The notes below the pieces were generated by a model that had not been told where the DNA came from, ran no database searches, and saw only the letters and a list, made by a program, of their open reading frames with translations. Both the position numbers and the translations under genes were made by a program. DNA of 64,000 bases from Antechinus flavipes. Taxonomy: Eukaryota. Below are positions 47,632 to 61,117 of this stretch, piece by piece (within the stretch, counting starts at the first letter, position 1; every line of letters starts with the position of its first letter). Location of the stretch: positions 29,822,001-29,886,000 of the forward strand of contig NC_067401.1 of NCBI RefSeq assembly GCF_016432865.1, given 5' to 3'.

Positions 47632-48175
47632 TAGTTATCCCTTCCATATCTCGGCTTTCCTTATGAAGGTTTTTTTGGTTTGTTTGCTTTATTTTGTTTT
47701 CCCTGAGACAATTAGGGTCAAGTGACTGCCCAGAGTCACACAGCCAGGAAGTGTTAAATGTCTGAGGTCACATTTGAACTCAGATCCTCCTGATTTCAGG
47801 GCTGGTGCTCTAACCACCTAGCTGCCCCCTCATCAAGGTTTTGATACATTGTGGGTCGGCATAAGAAACAAAATGAGAATTTTGGAGGAGTTTTGCAGAA
47901 ATCACAGATGATACAGAAAAAAGTTAGAAATTCAGAAATGCCTAAAAATGTGTATAATATCAGCGTATTTTATTTTACAATACCATATACATACACAATT
48001 TTTAAAAGTTGAAATATGACTAAATATTAAACTTTACAATAATGTCCTGTAAACATCTCATAAAAGAAAAAAGTCCACTTCTCTGATACAAAGGGAGGGC
48101 CAGAAAATTTTACTCAATTTTTCCAGATCTCAGGGGCATCACACTCTTAATCCCATGATGTGGAAGGAGTAACTG
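47632..48175. mobile_element. TcMar/Tigger-like non-autonomous DNA transposon
   Basis: Imperfect terminal inverted repeats (t)agttatcccttccatatc and gatgtggaaggagtaactg; TA on the left flank and TG (decayed TA) on the right. Confidence 0.65.
47674..47828 (-). mobile_element. WSINE1-type CORE-SINE inserted into a Tigger-like MITE (PIPOX intron 4)
   Basis: Reverse complement begins ggggcagctaggtgg..gagcaccagccctgaaatcaggaggatctgagttcaaat and has an A-rich tail. TSD cttatgaaggtttt (47660-47673) / ctcatcaaggtttt (47829-47842). Confidence 0.8.
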
Positions 48176-48428
48176 TGGTCTCTGTGTGTATTCTGTTGAA
48201 TTATAAGCCCCATGAGGGACCCTTTTTGCATCTTCTTTTTATCTCTAGCAATTACCCTTACAGGGCCTGACACAGAGCAAGTACTCAATAAATGCTTGTC
48301 TACTGACTGACACACAAGAGTCTTTCAGTCCTTGGGCATCCATGCCAAAGTCTCCATCCCTGTTTTCTTGCCTTCCACCTCTTCTTCCCGCCCCACCACC
48401 TCAGTCATGTTGGGCTGTCCCCATTTAC

Positions 48429-48611
48429 CTGCAGAGGCAGTTGTATTCCCAGGGGGAGGAGAAGCTGGTTAGTCCAAGGACCCGCTGTAATTATCAAGCT
48501 TTTGGCTTGATAGGTCCTGATGGTGGTTGTCACGGTAACTGGGAACCCAGGTTTTATCTCTGCTACTTTCTCCCCATCATGGATCACGCCTCCTAGCTGT
48601 CTGATTAAATC
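48429..48611 (-). CDS. PIPOX: PIPOX exon 4 (183 bp)
   Basis: ccttttag/GAT..CTGCAG/gtaaat; [61 protein letters not shown], with the conserved ITAGPW motif. Confidence 0.95.
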
Positions 48612-49436
48612 CTAAAAGGGGGAGAAATGGGAAGGAGTAGAGGGAAGAGAAAAAAAAATCATAGATTGAGAGCCTAGAATCGGTCTTAGAAAGACCTCCT
48701 TTGATAATCTGATGAAGCTAGTCATTCCCTTCTCACAATACTGTTTTCAAATGCATAAAATAAAATACATGGGTATTACAAAGGAAACCAATTCTATTGA
48801 AATATAGCTATCTTTTTCTCCATTCACACATCTATCCATCATCCATCCATCCATCCATCCATCTATCTATCTATCTATCCGTCTGTCTGTCTGTCTATCC
48901 ATCCATCCATCTATCTTAAATAACCAAGTTCCAGGGTCCTAGGTTAAGAACTCGATCTGATCTAACCCACTACATCTAACAGATGATTTGCACAGTGATA
49001 TAGATTGAAAATGGTAGATACAGAAGTGGAACCCAGTTCATCTTACTCTAAATAGAGTGGTCTTTTTCTAATACAAGATGCTCGTCCCAATACATAAACC
49101 CAGGAGTATAAGAAAAGTCCTATACTGGACAGAAAAGAGAGCTCAGAATCACAAATCCTTCTGCTATGTCTATGGGGTACCATTGATTATGAAAAGCATG
49201 TCCCTTGCATCATCCAGTCACCTCAGTACCCACATTCAAAAGGAATGGCCTTGGGCCTTGGTAATAGTAGTTCTGTCCAGTGGGAGCCAGTTGGGAGCCA
49301 ATACCTAATCCATTGTCCTCTCCCTTGGAAAGTTGGGTCTAAAAGGGTGTTTTCTCTCCCTGGCCCTCCCAACCTTCCCCTCACTCCCTTCCCTTTCCCT
49401 TTTCCCATCCACCACTACAATCTTATAAGATATCAC

Positions 49437-49650
49437 CTGCAGGGCCCTCAGGGCCTTGTCGGCAAACAGGACACCCCCAGATGACTCCCAGATTCCCACT
49501 TCTCCTCTGGACAACTGAATATTTGAAAAATATCTTTTTAGCTCTTCTGTGTTGAAAAACTTGTGTTCCACGCCATGCTTAGACAAGTTGTCCTGAATGG
49601 CACGAAGATCTGCTTCTTCCTTCCTTCCCAGCATGAGTAATCCTGCCTGT
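49437..49650 (-). CDS. PIPOX: PIPOX exon 3 (214 bp)
   Basis: ttcccccag/ACAG..CTGCAG/gtgata; [71 protein letters not shown]. Confidence 0.95.
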
Positions 49651-49914
49651 CTGGGGGAAGAAAGACATTTGGACAAGGATGGGTTCACAGGATCCTAAAG
49701 TTAGAGGAGGAAGGGACATTTAGAAGACATTTACCACAACCCTTTCATTTTCTAGAGGAGACAACGACTTCTGCAAAGTCATATAGAACCAGAGTTTAAT
49801 CTGAGGTGCCTTGAAGCCAAATGCAATGCGCTCTTTCCACTGACTACTCTGAGAAATGAATTCACTGGCCTCAAGGCTAGTGTAATATATCAGGAACAGG
49901 CCAACATATTACTC

Positions 49915-50330
49915 ATCCTTCCTTTTCTTCACTTTTGTCTTACCTCTCTCACTTAGCTTAATCTTTTTTTTTCTCCCCCTCCCTTCTTTCTGTCTCTACA
50001 GTTCTCTCTCTCTCTCCCTTCCTCCCCCCTTCCTTCCTTTCTCCTCCCCTCTTTCCTTCTCTGCCCCTTCCCCTTTCTCTCTCCTTTCCTTCCTTTTTCT
50101 TCCCTCCCTCCTCCCTCTATTCCCTTCCTCCCTCCCTCCATCTCTCTTTTTCCTTCCCTTCCTCAGTTTCCCCTCTCCTCTCTCTCTTCTCTCTCCCTCT
50201 CTCTGTCTCTACCTTTGTCTCTTCTTGTTTTTCTCTGTGTGTGTCTGTCTGCCTATCTCTCTGTCTGCTTCTATCTGCTTGTATTTCTCTGTTTGTCTTT
50301 CTGTCTCTGCATCCTTTTCTTTCCGCCTCT
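49915..50330 (+). repeat. Polypyrimidine tract grading into CT/CTGT repeats (PIPOX intron 2)
   Basis: Directly visible low-complexity C/T-rich sequence. Confidence 0.85.
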
Positions 50331-51787
50331 GGGTCCCATTATGCGCCCTCCTTGTTTACAATCTGTCTTTTGTTGTTCATGGGTTTCATCTCTTGATGCT
50401 TCTCTCTGTGTGGCTGGGAGGCATTGTGGTCCATAACAGAAAGGTTATGAGGAATGACTAAGGTGTCGAGAGAACCTGGCTCTCTGACAGTAACTTCTTG
50501 TCTGACCCTTTTATTTTCCCTCTCTGGGCCTCAGTTTCCTATTCTGTAAAATGAGAGGGTCAGACCAGAAGCTCTTTGTTTCCCTCCAGCTCCGACAATT
50601 CACAGCTTGGGATTTCTATTATCATTTCTCCCTGAATCTTTCTCTGTTTCCACAGCTTCCCAGTCTGTCAGATGCTTAATCTCCAACAGTTTTCCTTTCT
50701 CCAGCATTGTCTCTTGGTCGGAGAAGGAGCTGGAACTACAGGGGGTTGGGAGGAACAAGGGGAAACAGCAGTGAGGGAGGGGGATTCTCCCCCAACACCC
50801 CTTAGCTCCAGCAGCCTCAGTGACCACTGTCAGCTTGGCACATCCACCAGGTACATAGCACAAAGCTGGTAATAGCCTATAATGGAGTCTCACGGATATT
50901 ACATGCTTCCAAATCCCACATTATCTGGTCAGGGGGATTAAAGGAAGATGGGGAAGGGCTGGGGAGGGGGAGGGACCCTGGGGCTGGTGTCGTACACAGA
51001 GCTTCGCAGTGTGCCCAATTCATTTGCCATGGCCCCCGCCTCCCTGGCATTCACCACTGACAGGAGAGAGACAGAAAGCTTTTATGTGCACCTTAAAAGC
51101 TCATTGGAGGGAAAATAGCAGCCGTAACAAAGGAAAAAATGAGCTCTTCCTATGTGTGACCCCAAGGTGGAATGCTTCCTTCAGGTTGGTCCTCATCAGC
51201 AAAATCTCCCTGATCACTTCTGGGATCTCAGGCAAATTGCTTAACTATCCAGGTCTCCATTTTCTCATCAATAGAGTGAGGAGTGTGAATAGATGCCCTC
51301 GGATTGTGGGAACATATGTTTAGAACTGGAATGGGCCTCAGAAACAATCTACACAGACATCTCATTTTACAAGAGGGGAAACTGAGACCCCGAGAGATCA
51401 CACAGGATCCAGAGCTTCCAGGACTATAAAGGAATTAGACAAAGCGACCTTTGAGGTCCCTCCCAGTCCTAAGTCTATGATGCTGGTCAGCAAAACCAAC
51501 TAGCAAGGCATTTTTACTCCTTTCCGGCTTCCATCTGTTCCTTGTATTCTTTGGGGATTGCTAAGGAGTCCTGCGTCTGACTTAAACCCTTCATGTGTAG
51601 AGTCAGTGTACAAAACCTCTGCATCCTAATCCAGATCCGGAATAGAGAGCTTGGCCAGTTAGAGAAAGACATGACTCTTCTCTTGGGCTCTTAGCAAGGA
51701 GTATGAGATTGGCTCTAATTATAAGATTAGAATTAGGAGGAAACAGGATTGGAGAGAGGAAGTGACTTTAAAATATATGCGTGTGTG

Positions 51788-51824
<37 letters not shown>

Positions 51825-53459
51825 ATTTGAATAGAGAATCCACATATGTGTATATACACACATATGATACACATGTATATCTAGACATAGGTATATACCT
51901 ATATATGTACATGTGTATATGTATGTGTATAAATATTCCCCCTCAGCTTCTCTAACTCCAAAGCCAATGCTCTGTGTCCTAAGCTAGGCTATTTTCGATA
52001 ATGCCCCAAATCTATGTAGCAGCCTTAGGGTTTGCAAACTGCCTCATGTATGTTATCTCAGTAGAGTTTCACAATATATCACAAGAGCCTCACAACATGA
52101 TAATCTTGGGGAGGGAGGTGCAACTAGCCTTCTCATTTTTGCAGATGAGTCAACTGAGGCCCAGAGGAATCAAATGAGTTGCTTCAGGTCCCTCCACTAG
52201 CCGGCATCTGATCCAGCCCTTGAACTCAGATCTTTCTGGATTCTTTAAGACAGATCAGAAACTCTTGAAAGCAGAGATGATTTCCTTTCTGTCTTTGTAG
52301 GCTTAGACTCTAGCACAGTGGTAGGTGATTAACCAATGATCGTTGATTAATTGATTGATACCTAATACCAGGTCTACACCTTTACCTTCTCTGTCAGACT
52401 CCCTTGAATCAGAAATAGAAACTCGCCACAAAATGGTAGGAAAACGTAAAATTATGAAGTGCCCGATGTTGTTCTAGTTCCCAAATCAGATGAAAAGGTA
52501 GAGGAAATCATACGGGCCCCCACGCCATGGCGCAGCCATCGTGATGATTTGTAATCATTCCTCTTCAGCTCTCTGCCCCCGTGGCATTTACTCCTTATCC
52601 CAGCTATTGATCTAACAGTGGGAAATTTTCCATCTGAATTGGCGATGCCCGCCGCTCCTCCATTCTGGAGCTGCGTTTGGGAAATTCTCATTTTTCGTAG
52701 ATCACGGCTGAGCTATTTGGCCTGGGGGAAATGGTGCACGGCTGGAGAAGACAGCTTGGATTGGAGAGAGATTTTTTTTTGACCATTACGAGCAAATCGG
52801 AAATGAATGTAAAACACTGCCTGGAAATGCAAAGACTTGTCATTATGGGAGATAGGTGAGAGACTCCGGTGGGAAATATCTAAAGAATTGGAAATCAGTC
52901 AATCAAGACAGGGATCGGAGAAGGCCCAGCTTCCCCCTCCCCACCTCTACCCACTCCACTATGAAGATAGATGACTTCCAGAGGCAGATTGAAAATCATT
53001 TAAGTGCTTATTTTCTTAATGGCCCTTCCTAGAGCCCAATAAACAGGCTGCCCATTTTGCATTAATTTCTCGTCCCCACGCTTTCTGGAACTCCTTGTCC
53101 ACTTAGCTCTCGGTTGTTGAGTTTTGGATGAGCGGGAGAGGAGGAAACTTAGGCTGGCAGGGTAGGGGCTGCTGTGGGTAACTGGGGAATGATTGGTTAC
53201 AGTTATCAAGAAGAGGAGGAACCAGGGCTGTTCAAGAATTGCTCTTTATCATCCGGCCAAGATGGGCTGCTTACTGTCGCCGATCCATGCAATTCCATAT
53301 CCTGCCTCCCCCCATCCCAGGCCTTTTTCTAGGCTACCTCCTCACTGTTGCCTCTTAGAATCCCTGGTTCCTACCTCGGGCCCCTACTGACCTCCCCTCT
53401 CCCAGCCCAGACGGCTACCTGGGACTCCCTGAAATTGCCTTAAATATGCTTATGTGTAT

Positions 53460-53665
53460 AGGGCAGCCCTGGAGTCAGGAGGACCTGAGTTCAAATCTAA
53501 CCTCAGACACTTACTTGCTCTGTGGCCCTGGGCAATTCACTTTGCCCAGTTTGCCTCAGTTTCATCATACAAGATGAGCTGGAGAAGAAAATGGCCAAAC
53601 ACTCAGTATCTTTGCCAAGAAAACCCCACATGGGATCACAGAAACTTGGACACGACCGAACAACC
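53460..53665 (+). mobile_element. MAR1/RTE-tailed CORE-SINE (similar copies at ~12955-13142 +, 14540-14690 -, 15581-15821 +, 42360-42590 -, 56105-56320 +, 60160-60227 +)
   Basis: tRNA-like head plus CORE, followed by the RTE-type tail gagctggagaag..tggc..ccagtatctttgccaagaaaacccca..ggatcac..ggacacgac.gaacaac. Confidence 0.75.
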
Positions 53666-56600
53666 ATAAAAATGAGGGATTGATTTTGGTGACCTCTAAG
53701 CTTCCTTCCAAGTCTAAAATCCAAGCCGCTAGATTCATCATGTACATACAATAAATGAGGTTGTTGATTAATTGATACCAGGAATATGGAGAGTGGAGAG
53801 GAAGAAAGGTCATCTCCGATTCCCCCTGGTTTACTATTTCTCCTCATTGAGACATAAACCGACCTTTCTTCCTACTTACCAGGGAGCAAGAGAGTGATTG
53901 ACAGCACCCCTGCGACCAGATCATACAGTGTCAGAATGGCGAGTAACCTTCAAGATTTTACTGCTTCATTTTCCAGAAGATAGAGAATCCCTCACAAAGT
54001 AAGCCCCTTAGCCAAAGTTGCATGAGTAATAGAATAGAACTAGAATCTGAACTTGGGTCCTTTGGGGACATATGCTTGTTCCTCCCACTTCCACCCGCAC
54101 GGTTTATTTTGCCAGTGGGTAGGGTCAAGAGTCAGAGGCTTTTGCTATTTGTTGGGGACAGGAAGTAGCAGGAAGGAAGCGGGGAAAAGCAGTGAAGAGA
54201 TGGAGGGGTTCACTCTTCCTTCCAGATCTCTCATTCTAGAATCCCGATCAATCTTCCTGGAGTCCCAGACACCAATTTCCCTCAAACCTGTGCCCTGAAT
54301 GAGAGATAGGGGATGATGGATAGGGAAGACATTTTTTAATTGGAGATGGGGGTGGGGATTAATATCTACCGCAAATCCCTGCAATTTGACATGTCTGGGA
54401 ACATCCTCCCCAGAATATCCTTGGCAACTCCCAGGCCTGCCTCTATCTCCTTGCATCCCCATCCCCAGTTTGATCTGCACATTTACAATCTGTGGAAATG
54501 AATAAAACTGAGGGTGAGGGACAGAGCCAGCTCTTGGAATTATCTCTTAGTTCTAGCGCCTTACCTCTGATAATTATTCCCTATTTATCCTGTGTAGAGC
54601 TTGATTCGTATGTATTTGTCTTCCCCATTGGATTGTAAGCTCCTTAAAGCCAGGGGTTGTCCTTTGCCTCTTTTTGTACCACTGAGGCTTGGCACAGTGC
54701 CTGGTATATAATAGGCACTTAATACATGTTTGTTGATTGATTATTGATTATTGATCTCAAGGAGGAGAGTCAGAATCTGCCTCTGCTGTCACCAGTTTCT
54801 GGAGAGACTCCTGTTCCTTCTGTTCCATCTCCAGCTCAGTGGGATGAGGTGGTATCAGTTAACAAAGATTGCTCAGGGCTGGGGACTCAGCTGACAAGGC
54901 AGACACTTCTGTAGACAGAGGAAGCCGCAGCTGCTGCCGTGGGGGCCTCTGGGTTCCGCCTGCAGCTGTACTGCCTGAGGCTGTGATCTTGTCTGATATC
55001 TCAGCTAAGCAGGGGCAGCTGGGGTCAGGAGCAGGCTGGTGGGCCTCAAAGGAGAAGGAGGGGCGGCTGACAAGAGCCGGGCCGGGACGGAGAGGTGGGG
55101 CCTCTTCTCTCTGTCCCTGCTGCCTGGGGACACATCACAGGGCGTGCATTGATCATACCTGTGTCCCCACTCGTGGCAGAGCGTCTCAAGGAGGGCAGAT
55201 CTCCCGCTTCCGCCCAGATCTGGGTAGTGGAGGCGGAGGGAGGAGCTGCCCCTGCTGAGGATTCTCAGGGAGCTTTAGCATGACAGAATAGTCATTCCTT
55301 CGCTCAAAGAAAGGAAGCCTGGCATAGAGAGCAGAGTCAGGGGCAGCGAGGCCCTCCTCCTCCTCCGGCACACACTGACTGTGTGAGCCCAGGAGAGTCC
55401 CCTTGAGTTCTCAGTGCTCCAGAACTAGACCTTGCCAAAATTAGAATGAGTAGAGGAAATATTTCAAAGGAAATCACAGGTCCGGCCCTTATCCCATTCA
55501 TTCAATGAGCCTTTATATCAAGGCCTCCTAGGTGATCGATTTAAAAAGTAACAACAACCCTCTCATAAGGGTCAATCAATCGATCAATATTTATTAAGTG
55601 TTTTCTATGTCCCCCAAAACTGTGTGAAAAATCCTTTACAGTTATCTGATTTTTACAACAACCCTGGGAGATAGAGACTAATCTAATTCTCATTTTACAA
55701 CTGAGGAAACTGAGGCAGGCACTATCTTAGTGCTTTAATGATAATAATAATAATAGCAAAGATATATATAGCCCTTACAATGTGCTACCAGGTACTATGC
55801 TAAGCACTTTAATCCTCACAATATCCTGGGAGATAGGGGTTATTATTTCCATTTTGCTTTTAAAGAAGCTGAGATAGACAGAGGATAAATGACTCCCTCA
55901 GCTTCCTGATTCCAAACCTACCGCTCCCTATCCATTGCACAACCATTTCTTTTAAATACGAATTAAACGTACTCAGAGATTTATCAACTAATCAATAATC
56001 AAGCGCCTACTTTGTGCCAGGTCAGACTAGGAATACAAAGACAAAAAAAAAAATAGACCCAGCCTCAAACCCCTTGCATTCTATAGAGGAGAAAGGAGAG
56101 AAAATAAGGACCTGGGATTACAAATTTAGCTCCAATCTAGCCTCACATATTTATTATCTGGGTAACCTCATTTGCCTCGGGTTCTCCATCTGTAAAATGA
56201 GCTGGAAAAGGAAATGGCAAGCTATTCCAGTTTCTCTGCCAAGAAAACCCCTTACTCTTCATGAAAAGTAACATAACACATAACAGACAACAGATAAACA
56301 ATTGAACAACAACAACCCAGTTTCTCTGATCCTGGGAAGGCGTCTCCAGTCCATTTTGGGCTCCCCCATTGCAGAGATCTGAGAGGAGGAGGGAAGGAGT
56401 CAGAAGAAAGATACAAAGATTTAGAAATGAAAAGCTTGGAAAACATGACGAATGAGGAAAAGGTGGATCTGGAAAAGAATGCTGAAAAGTGTTCAAGGAG
56501 TGAACAATGTACAGGGAAAAGTCATCTATAAACAGGGTAGGAAGCCTGTTTCCTGATGTTATATAGCATGAGGGATTTAAATTAGCTATAAGATAGGACT

Positions 56601-59600
56601 TCCTGATACTAGTAATAATTACAGCCATCTTTATAACGCTGAAACAGGAGGGTTCGTCTTGTACTTTAGACGCTAGGGACAGATAAATGGTACAGTAGAT
56701 AAGAATGCCACACCTGGAGTCAAGACCAAAAAGACCTTATCTGTGAAATGGGAGCAATAATAGGTAATATTTAAATAAGGCTTCATTGTTTGCACAACCC
56801 TACCTCCCACGGTTGTTGTGAGGAGAAAATCATCAAAATGAGATGATTTTGTACTTTAAAGCATTATATAAATGCTATTTTTTTTTTTGCTAGCTATTAT
56901 TAGGGCATTCTACTTTGCCGACACCAGGAATCTTAAGTAGATCATATATTTAGAGTCTGAAAGGGTTATTAGAGGCCATCTGATCCAAACTCCTTCATTT
57001 TTTACAAATGAGGGAAATGAGACCCTGAAAAATATGGTACATGACCAGTAAGGAACTCCATTATCTGCTTAGTCATTTTCTTAGTCTCGGTAGGGGAAAA
57101 GTAAGAGAGAGATTAAGTGGAATGGGGGCCAAACATTCTTAAATAAGGAGGCTTCCTGATTGACTGAAAAGTAAAAAAAAAAAAATGGACTATACCAGTA
57201 GATAAATCTCAAAATTATTTGGGGCTTGTGAGGGTATTCCAGGATCAGAAGAAACCAGTCTCTCCAGGGAGCTCAGGATCAAGAGGAAGCTGGTTGCAGT
57301 GATATAAGGCTTCTTCCCCACCTCCCCCCCAAAAAGGGCAGTGGGCCAAACCTAGCCTGGGAAAATTCAGTTAAAGAGCTGGTTACACAACTCGAGCTTT
57401 TTCTTTTATGCATAACTTTAATTACCTTCCCATAGAATGTTATTTCTTAATTTGTGTATTCACTTTCCCTTAGTAAATAAACCCTAGAAAACCCACTCTT
57501 GAGATGTGGAGTATTTAGCAGTAGAAATAATAAGGGGAAAGAAAGGAAATTAGCTACTAAGGACAGGTGAGGGATGTAGAATCAAGGATTCAGAGATTAA
57601 AGCCTTCTTGTTATACAGAAAAGGGAAGTGGCTTGCCCAAAGTCACACAGGTCATAGGAGGCAGAATTGGGTCAAAAGATTGTAAGCCTGTCTGCCTGTC
57701 TTTTTTAAAAGCATGCTAATGTCTCATTGGCTCGGGTTGGTCGAGATGAGATCCTATCCAATCTTGGAAGGAACCCCCAGAGTCCACCTGGTTCAACCTC
57801 CTCATTGTAGAGATGATTAAACTAAGTCCCAGTGAGGTCATGATTTACCAAATCAGTATCCATACCCACAAGTTGTAAATATAAGAGATGGACAGTAAAA
57901 ATAAAAGGTCTGACTCCAGATATTTGTTCCCCTGTATTATAATACCTCTCATCTTTCAGCCTAGGGGCCTGACCAAACTCACTGGTCCAGGAGGTCAGGA
58001 GACAAGGGACCCAAAGATGGGGCTCAGTGATCAGAAAAGGTTTAGACAGAGTAAAAGAACATTTCTGGAGCCAGAAGCAATCTCCTTGAATCCATTCGAA
58101 GAAAGGACTGGTGCTCTGGGAAACGAATCCAGGGAATTCTAAGGCCTGTGGCTAGTGCTTTTAAATTTTTGTGAAGCATTTTCACATAAATCATCCCATT
58201 TCTGACGCTGAGCATTGTGAGACATTGGACTGAATTATCCAAAGTAGTTGTGAAATTGCCTGTCTGACTGTCTTTTTTAAAAGCATGTTAATGTCACGTT
58301 GGCTCGGGTTGGTCGAGGTAGGATCCTATCCAGGTGCAAGGGAACGGAACAGTTTATCTATCTGTTTCAGAATGAGATTTGTTCTAATTCTGTGATGTTC
58401 TAGATAAAGACTCTCAGGTTAATTTGGGTCTTTGGTGAAAAATCTCCTGACTGATCCAAACACCCAAGAAGAGCCTGGTCTGCTTTCTCTCCTCTGTCTT
58501 TCTTCCTTCCTTCCGGCCCCCTCCCCCAGCACGCCCTCTGAGCCTTCCTCATTCCCTCTGGCTTCCGTTGCCCTGGACCCAACCGAGCCGGAGTTGACTC
58601 AAAAGCCACAGAAGGTGACAGATAAATCCAGCAGACTCAGCTGGGTACAGACCATTCCTAGAGGTAATTTCTGGGAGCCCACATGGAAGGACATTGACCC
58701 ATCGGGCTACACTGGGGATGACCACCAAGGGGATTGGCTAGTTGATTAAAAGAAGATGCTCAGTCTAGGGTCAGGGCAGACCAGATAGCTCTCTCCCAGG
58801 ACTTGAAGGACAGTAGTGAAAAAAAAAAAAAAAGATTAGACTTGTTCTGTTCATTCTCAGAGAGTAGAAAAAAGAGTCAGGGGGAGAGGTGTCCAAGAAA
58901 GTGGTTTCCTCAATTCAAGGAGAAACTTCCCAATGGAAGTACCCCCACCGTAGGAGCAGCTGCTTCCAAGGAAGGCCCTTGTGTGATGGTTTGGACAAAT
59001 ATTGATTAAAACTGACATTAATGGGGCTCTTCACTTACAGTACGTATTGTGGAAAGAGGACTTGGATTCACATTTTTATTCTGCCGCTAACAATCTGGGT
59101 GACATTAGGCAAGTTACAGAACCCTCTGAGTCCCAGTTCCCTCAAAAAAGGGGGTTGGACTAAATGGCTTCTGAAGTCTCTTCTAGCTCTAAATCTGAAA
59201 GGCTATTATTAATACCACCACTGCTACCAAAAGCTACATTAATATGGTGCTTATTATGCACCAGGCACTTAACAATCGCCATCGAATTTGATCCTCACAA
59301 CAATCCTGGGATGCCATTATTATCCCCATTTTACAGATGGAGAAACTGCAAGCAGGTGCCATGACTCGCTTAGGGTCACACTGCTAATAAGCATCAGAGA
59401 TGGGATTCAATGATTCCAAGTCCAGAATTCTATACAGCTTCCATATCTCTGAGGTCTCTCTGGCTTCTCAGATCCCATAAAATTTTGAGAGTCTCTGATT
59501 CGGTGAAAGGACCCTTGGGGATTCACTCCCCACCTGACTTCTTGTTCACCTTGTTTTCTCTCAGGAAGAAGTTTACCCTCCGAGGTCTAGGACAGGTCCC

Positions 59601-61117
59601 GGCGTTCTCAGGACAGATGGACAAAGAGGGGAGGGAGGGAACTGTCCATTAGTCAGTACTTCTCCCAGCAGCAGGATGGACCAAGGAGCCCATTTATTTG
59701 GTGTTGGGCACATTAGCCGCTTCTGGTGGGAATAAATCTGTAATTAGCTGCCCTGGCTGTATTTGCATAATGGCTTTCGCTTTGTTCTTAAGTTAATGGT
59801 GTTTTCGCAACAGCGTGGTAACCTCTTGCTTCCCAACCATTAGAAAACCGACACCCTGTCGGGAGAGCAGCAGCAATTTGTGGGGAGTTCAGGGAGGAGG
59901 GAGAAGGGGTGATCACAGTTCAGGCTGTAAAATGGGCTCAGCCTCCCGCCCAGATTGAGAGCTGGGTAGTGGAAGGGGGAAGGAGAGACACTAGGGGAGC
60001 CCATCCCTCTCTCCTCAGAAGTGGACTGATAAACGTGGCTATCAGGCTTCACTCACAAAATTGTGTGTGGGTGTGTATGTATATACACACGCATGCATAC
60101 ACATATACCTATAGAGAGGTGTGTGTATAATTTATATATATATATATATATATTTCAGTATTTTTGCTAAGAAAACCCCAAATAGAATCCAAAAAAGTCA
60201 GACATGGCTAAATGACCACCACCAACANNNNNNNNNNNNNNNNNNNNNNNNNNNNNNNNNNNNNNNNNNNNNNNNNNNNNNNNNNNNNNNNNNNNNNNNN
60301 NNNNNNNNNNNNNNNNNNNNNNNNNNNNNNNNNNNNNNNNNNNNNNNNNNNNNNNNNNNNNNNNNNNNNGCATGTTTTCCCCCAAGTAGAATGGAAGCTT
60401 TTTGAAGGCAATGACAGTTTTACTTTTTTACATATATCTATACGTATATATGTGTGTGTGTATCCCTAGCAAAGTGCCCAGTGAGTGCTTAACTAATCCT
60501 TATTAAATCAGGATGTACTGATGTCATGTGATTTTCTCCATGGCTAGGAAGCATTCCTTCTGTATAGGCTGGGAATATTGTGGGTGATGAGGGCAGGTGG
60601 CTGAAAGCAAAAGCTAAATTGAAATCAGAGTCATCCATCTTGATTAGTTAAGAAGCTAGAGTTCTACTGAAAGGTGTCGGTGATAATAAGGGACGTTTCT
60701 GTCTGCCTGTCTGTTCCTGGACAAGACTTGGGATCTCATGGGTTTCAGGGAGCCCCCCCCCCCGAGGAGCTCCCTTCACCCGTGGGGATGAGCCCCTGCT
60801 CTACTTTATACTGCCTTAGAGAGTTGTCTAGGGGCAGTGATTTGTCCACAGCCAGTACGGGTTGGAGGCCCAGTTTGCATTCAAAGCTTCCTGAGTTTGA
60901 GATCTCGATTCCCTCACCGACCCTGCTTCTTAATAAATAGATAGTGCTCTGAAGTCTGAGGAGAACATTATAGATATTTCAGCTAAACCTCACAACAACT
61001 TTGTAAAGCAGCTCCTACAGTTATTGTCACCATTTCGTAGATGAGAAGACCGAGACTCGGATTTTTCAGAAGACTCTCATGTTCGAGAGACCCGGCCGCC
61101 CCCCAGATCCAGCGAAC

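Noticed and set aside
55125-55169. 10-bp inverted repeat tggggacaca/tgtgtcccca and nearby ORF 55186-55371
   Set aside because: Stem too short and interrupted for a miRNA; the peptide matches nothing I recognise and has a non-ATG start.
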